Virus record (IMG/VR): IMGVR_UViG_3300030060_004988
Coordinates: 1 to 37,938 of that record
DNA length: 37,938 bases
Source: a virus
Taxonomy: Duplodnaviria; Caudoviricetes
Strand: one strand, 5' to 3'
Shown here: in pieces, positions 35,088 to 37,938 of the stretch
Layout of the letters: every line of letters begins with the position of its first letter
Numbering within the stretch: the first letter of the stretch is position 1
The notes under the pieces: model-generated
What the model saw: the letters and a program-made list of their open reading frames with translations, nothing else
Database searches by the model: none
What the model was told of the DNA's origin: nothing
Translations under genes and position numbers: made by a program

Positions 35088-35984
35088 TGATGTATTCAAT
35101 GGACTTCTTCGATCTCGTCCAGTCATCTCAATCGGTTGCTGGAACATCTCCTGCATTCTTGATAGAGCTGCATAATTACCATCAAATAATTTATCTCTTA
35201 ACATGGATGGATGAATGTTAGTTGTGAAGATGACAGACATCTTTCCAGACTTCCACTTTTCATATATTGATCCAATCAACTCAATGGTCGTGTTCTTGAA
35301 CCAATCAGAATACTTGTGAACACCACCACCAAGGCCGCCGAATTCATCAAGACAAAGTACTTCGACATCATTCAAGAACTGATCGAGATGAGGCTTTGAT
35401 GTATTATCATTCCAAGAGTTCTTCTCTGCTTCAAAGGTTCGATAGTGATGAGCATACTTAACTTTGAATCCTTGGGAGGTCTTGTGTTTTGCAATGATGT
35501 ATAAGAGACTCGACTTGCCATTGCCAGGTCTTCCATGCATCAAGAATGAAGGAGGCTTATTGATTCTATCCCAAGAGATCATCTCCTCAAATGCATTCTT
35601 TTGAAGTGCACTATCGAATTCATATTCTGAAAGTGAGGCATTCAAAGCATCATTCGGCAGCTGTGATCTCAATAATAGATTAAGTGACTTCTTAAGCTTT
35701 CCACAGTTACGACAAGGAATTGCATTGGGTTCACTGTTCTCCCTTGTGAACTCGTACCCTTCAACACAACGTTCACATGGAGGTTGATTAACTGCAAGGC
35801 ATCGATTGCTCCCTGCTTTGATGAGATCATAAAGATGATATTCGTCGGGGTTGAAGTTCGACCAGTCTTGATTGACTTTGAATTGTAAAGGTTCTCTGTT
35901 TGGATCTTGAATAAACTCTTGAAGCGAGTTCAATAATTTTTTTAGTTCAGGACTATCACCAAGGCGCTCCATTATTAACTCCAT
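35070..35984 (-). CDS. DnaC/IstB-like AAA+ helicase loader
   Basis: CERC/CRNC zinc finger, Walker A GRPGNGKS, Walker B LCLDEFG, IFTTN, SR and G.DRR. Confidence 0.88.
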   Translation of the reverse strand: MELIMERLGDSPELKKLLNSLQEFIQDPNREPLQFKVNQDWSNFNPDEYHLYDLIKAGSNRCLAVNQPPCERCVEGYEFTRENSEPNAIPCRNCGKLKKSLNLLLRSQLPNDALNASLSEYEFDSALQKNAFEEMISWDRINKPPSFLMHGRPGNGKSSLLYIIAKHKTSQGFKVKYAHHYRTFEAEKNSWNDNTSKPHLDQFLNDVEVLCLDEFGGLGGGVHKYSDWFKNTTIELIGSIYEKWKSGKMSVIFTTNIHPSMLRDKLFDGNYAALSRMQEMFQQPIEMTGRDRRSPLNTSSVWGQ

Positions 35985-36733
35985 GTCTTTTTGATCTGTG
36001 CATTTGAACGATAAAGATCAAAGTCTTCTCTGATCTCTGCTTTCTTGAAAGCTTCAAAGATTCTTGCTTGATTGAATGGATTTGTTTCAATCGTCTTCTT
36101 GTGATGTGCCCAACGTCTTTCAATCTCAAGTCTTCGATGTAGTGCTTTGAGAACATGAAGAGGAACTTTGCCACGATCATCACACATATGAGATAGATTT
36201 TTAAATTCTTGATTCTCAGTGTATTCCATTGCCTCTTCTTTTGTCACAAGTTTCAGATCTTCTTTATTGATATCTATATTGATATCTTTATTGGTTATAT
36301 TGGTTATATTGATATATGCATCATTTTGAGACATGGTAGGCTCATTTTGATACACGGTAGGCTCATTTTGATACACGGTGTTATCATTTTGAGACAACGG
36401 TTGTGTCATTTTGATACTATCGATAGGCTCATTTTGAGACAACGGTTGACTCATTTTGATACTATCGATATTTACTTTGATTGTAGTCTGGAATTTATTA
36501 AATGCTGTTCTGTCACAATCCACAGTCAACCAACCAGCTGCTTTCAATCTTTTCATTGCTCTTGCAAATGTTGCTCTCGGGATATCAGCATACTCACAAA
36601 GGTATGTTTGAGTGATTCGACCAATCCAAGTTTCCCAATCAACATGTTTTAAGATCACTAGCATCACAGTTTTATCAGCTGCTTTGATTCCTCTTGCTTT
36701 TAAAACAAGGGTTTGAACTTCGAATTCATTCAT
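35975..36733 (-). CDS. Replication initiator with N-terminal winged HTH (lambda O-like layout)
   Basis: TQTYLCEYADIPRATFARAMKRLKAAGWL, internal xQNEP repeats, upstream of the DnaC-like gene. Confidence 0.8.
   Translation of the reverse strand: MNEFEVQTLVLKARGIKAADKTVMLVILKHVDWETWIGRITQTYLCEYADIPRATFARAMKRLKAAGWLTVDCDRTAFNKFQTTIKVNIDSIKMSQPLSQNEPIDSIKMTQPLSQNDNTVYQNEPTVYQNEPTMSQNDAYINITNITNKDINIDINKEDLKLVTKEEAMEYTENQEFKNLSHMCDDRGKVPLHVLKALHRRLEIERRWAHHKKTIETNPFNQARIFEAFKKAEIREDFDLYRSNAQIKKTWS
36260..36463. repeat. Putative replication origin: seven iterons plus an AT-rich tract
   Basis: TCATTTTGA(G/T)AC starts at 36321, 36342, 36363, 36384, 36406, 36429 and 36451. AT-rich repeats at about 36260-36320. 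Confidence 0.85.
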
Positions 36734-36763
36734 TGTGTTCTCCTTTTTTACAATGGATGACTT

Positions 36764-36866
36764 ATATTGTATAATGTGAATTATTTTGTCAATAAAATAT
36801 TTTATTTAGTTTTTTTTAAAAAATATTTGACATAGCAAATGAATTATTATAATACTTGATTATCAA
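36764..36866. promoter_or_regulatory. Divergent promoter region, right allele, with palindromic operator candidates
   Basis: TTGACA on minus 36787-36792 and plus 36827-36832. TATAAT at 36848-36853 (15-bp spacer, shorter than canonical). Palindromes AATAAAATATTTTATT (36791-36806) and TTGAT-T-ATCAA (36856-36866). Confidence 0.6.
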
Positions 36867-36879
36867 CAAAGGAGACGCT

Positions 36880-37359
36880 ATGAAACTTTATCACACAAGT
36901 CCAGAACTAATCACAAACATCAATTCATCATATGACAACGAATTTCAAGGAGCTTTGTTTTTCAGTTCTACTCCATACTTTATGTCAGGAGCTTCAAAGA
37001 TTGTATATGAAATTGAAATTGCAGAAGATCAAATTTTAGAAGTTTGTGATCTTGAGTATAACCAAGAAATAATTGACGAAATTAAAGACAGGTTTAATGT
37101 TCTTTTTGATATTGAAATTGATGATGATGATGCTTATGACTATCTTTTAGAAGATTTAAGCGTATGGAATACAATATCCGACTCTGACAATTGTGCTGAT
37201 TTTGATTGGTTTATACAAGGGATTCAGGCTAAAGCAGCAAAAAAAGAAAACTATGTTGCTGTTGAAGCTGAAGATGAGCAAGGGACAGTCTTCATTATTA
37301 ACATGATCAATAAAGAGTCACTTTTAAAAGATGTAACATCTAAATTTTTAGGAGCATAA
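36880..37359 (+). CDS. AcrIF11-like ADP-ribosyltransferase (anti-CRISPR candidate)
   Basis: AAGGAG RBS. N-terminal LYHTS, FQGALFFS and C-terminal W.IQ...A..AK...Y.AVE.EDEQGT match the AcrIF11 family pattern as I recall it. Very acidic; directly upstream of an HTH gene. Confidence 0.75.
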   Translation: MKLYHTSPELITNINSSYDNEFQGALFFSSTPYFMSGASKIVYEIEIAEDQILEVCDLEYNQEIIDEIKDRFNVLFDIEIDDDDAYDYLLEDLSVWNTISDSDNCADFDWFIQGIQAKAAKKENYVAVEAEDEQGTVFIINMINKESLLKDVTSKFLGA

Positions 37360-37360
37360 A

Positions 37361-37582
37361 ATGAGCAAATTGAAACGACGAATCAAATCATCATTAGCAA
37401 GCCAAGGGTATACTATGACTCAACTTGCTGAGAAGATGGGTATCACACAATCGCAGCTCTCAAACTATTTGAGAAGCCAAGGAATCAAGATGAATACAGC
37501 ATTAAGAATTGCTGATGGTCTTGCAGATATGACAGGCTATCAATTGACTCTTGATGACTTTCGAAAGGATGAGGACCAATGA
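37361..37582 (+). CDS. Cro/XRE-family HTH regulator (Aca-like), allele B
   Basis: HTH MTQLAEKMGITQSQLSNYLR. 46/73 aa identical to allele A by manual alignment. Confidence 0.88.
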   Translation: MSKLKRRIKSSLASQGYTMTQLAEKMGITQSQLSNYLRSQGIKMNTALRIADGLADMTGYQLTLDDFRKDEDQ

Positions 37583-37794
37583 ACTTTCAAGCCGGTGATC
37601 AATTTATTGACCCCAACACGGACGAAGTATTTCACATTCAAGAGATGGAGGAGGCCACGGCTTATCCTTTTAATCAACCACCTGAAAAGGTTTATTCTTA
37701 CTTTTTACGAGGTACCCAAGGCAATGAACTTGAATTAAATCATTGTGAACTTGTGGACCTTATCAACAACGACCAACTCATTGAGGAGCTTTAA
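37579..37794 (+). CDS. Small acidic hypothetical protein, allele B
   Basis: Homolog of 453-668. Confidence 0.8.
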   Translation: MNFQAGDQFIDPNTDEVFHIQEMEEATAYPFNQPPEKVYSYFLRGTQGNELELNHCELVDLINNDQLIEEL

Positions 37795-37938
37795 ATGTTA
37801 TACGCTATTATCTTAATCTTAATCTGTGTAATTCTTTTCATGTGGGAAGAAGACCAACCCATCAAAATCAGCAAGTATTCACGAGTGATCAATCATGATG
37901 TTACCTTGTCAATCTTTGAGGCCATGAAAAGAATCGAG
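37795..37938 (+). CDS. Partial second allele of the membrane-anchored protein, truncated by the window edge
   Basis: Homolog of 669-812 with several substitutions. Confidence 0.85.
   Translation, partial: MLYAIILILICVILFMWEEDQPIKISKYSRVINHDVTLSIFEAMKRIE

Larger units (their letters stand above)
36650..37938. repeat. Right copy of the imperfect terminal redundancy (net 477 bp longer than 1-812)
   Basis: Offset to the left copy is 36649 before the variable segment and 37126 after it. Confidence 0.95.

Noticed and set aside
36321-36463. Possible mini-CRISPR array
   Set aside because: The period is only 21-23 bp, the spacers are not unique, and it lies in a coding region. It fits iterons.
36209-36652. 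147-aa plus-strand ORF with LILRQR repeats
   Set aside because: It is an antisense reading of the iteron array inside the initiator gene.
1-37938. Integrated prophage, alternative genetic code or tRNA genes
   Set aside because: No integrase, att site or host genes were recognised. Core genes are intact under the standard code. No tRNA cloverleaf was noticed by eye.

Overview
The window is an essentially complete, circularly permuted genome of a tailed dsDNA phage, about 37 kb long and siphovirus-like (no tail sheath, integrase, tRNA or CRISPR array seen). The minus strand carries a replication initiator with an embedded iteron origin, a DnaC-like ATPase, SSB, TerS/TerL, a Mu-like head module, a tail module with a -1 frameshift chaperone, a CHAP endolysin and holin, a repetitive fibre with two paralogous fibre tips, and a class II ribonucleotide reductase. 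The plus strand carries an early HTH/RecT/HNH cassette, a Cys-rich membrane protein pair, and thyX plus dCMP deaminase. Two points stand out. (1) The window ends overlap but are different alleles of the same early locus: the right copy has an AcrIF11-like ADP-ribosyltransferase ahead of an Aca-like HTH gene, while the left copy lacks it and has a diverged HTH and a different promoter region. (2) A 647-aa standalone MORC-like GHKL ATPase sits between terS and terL. All functional calls come from motif recognition by eye; no database searches were run.
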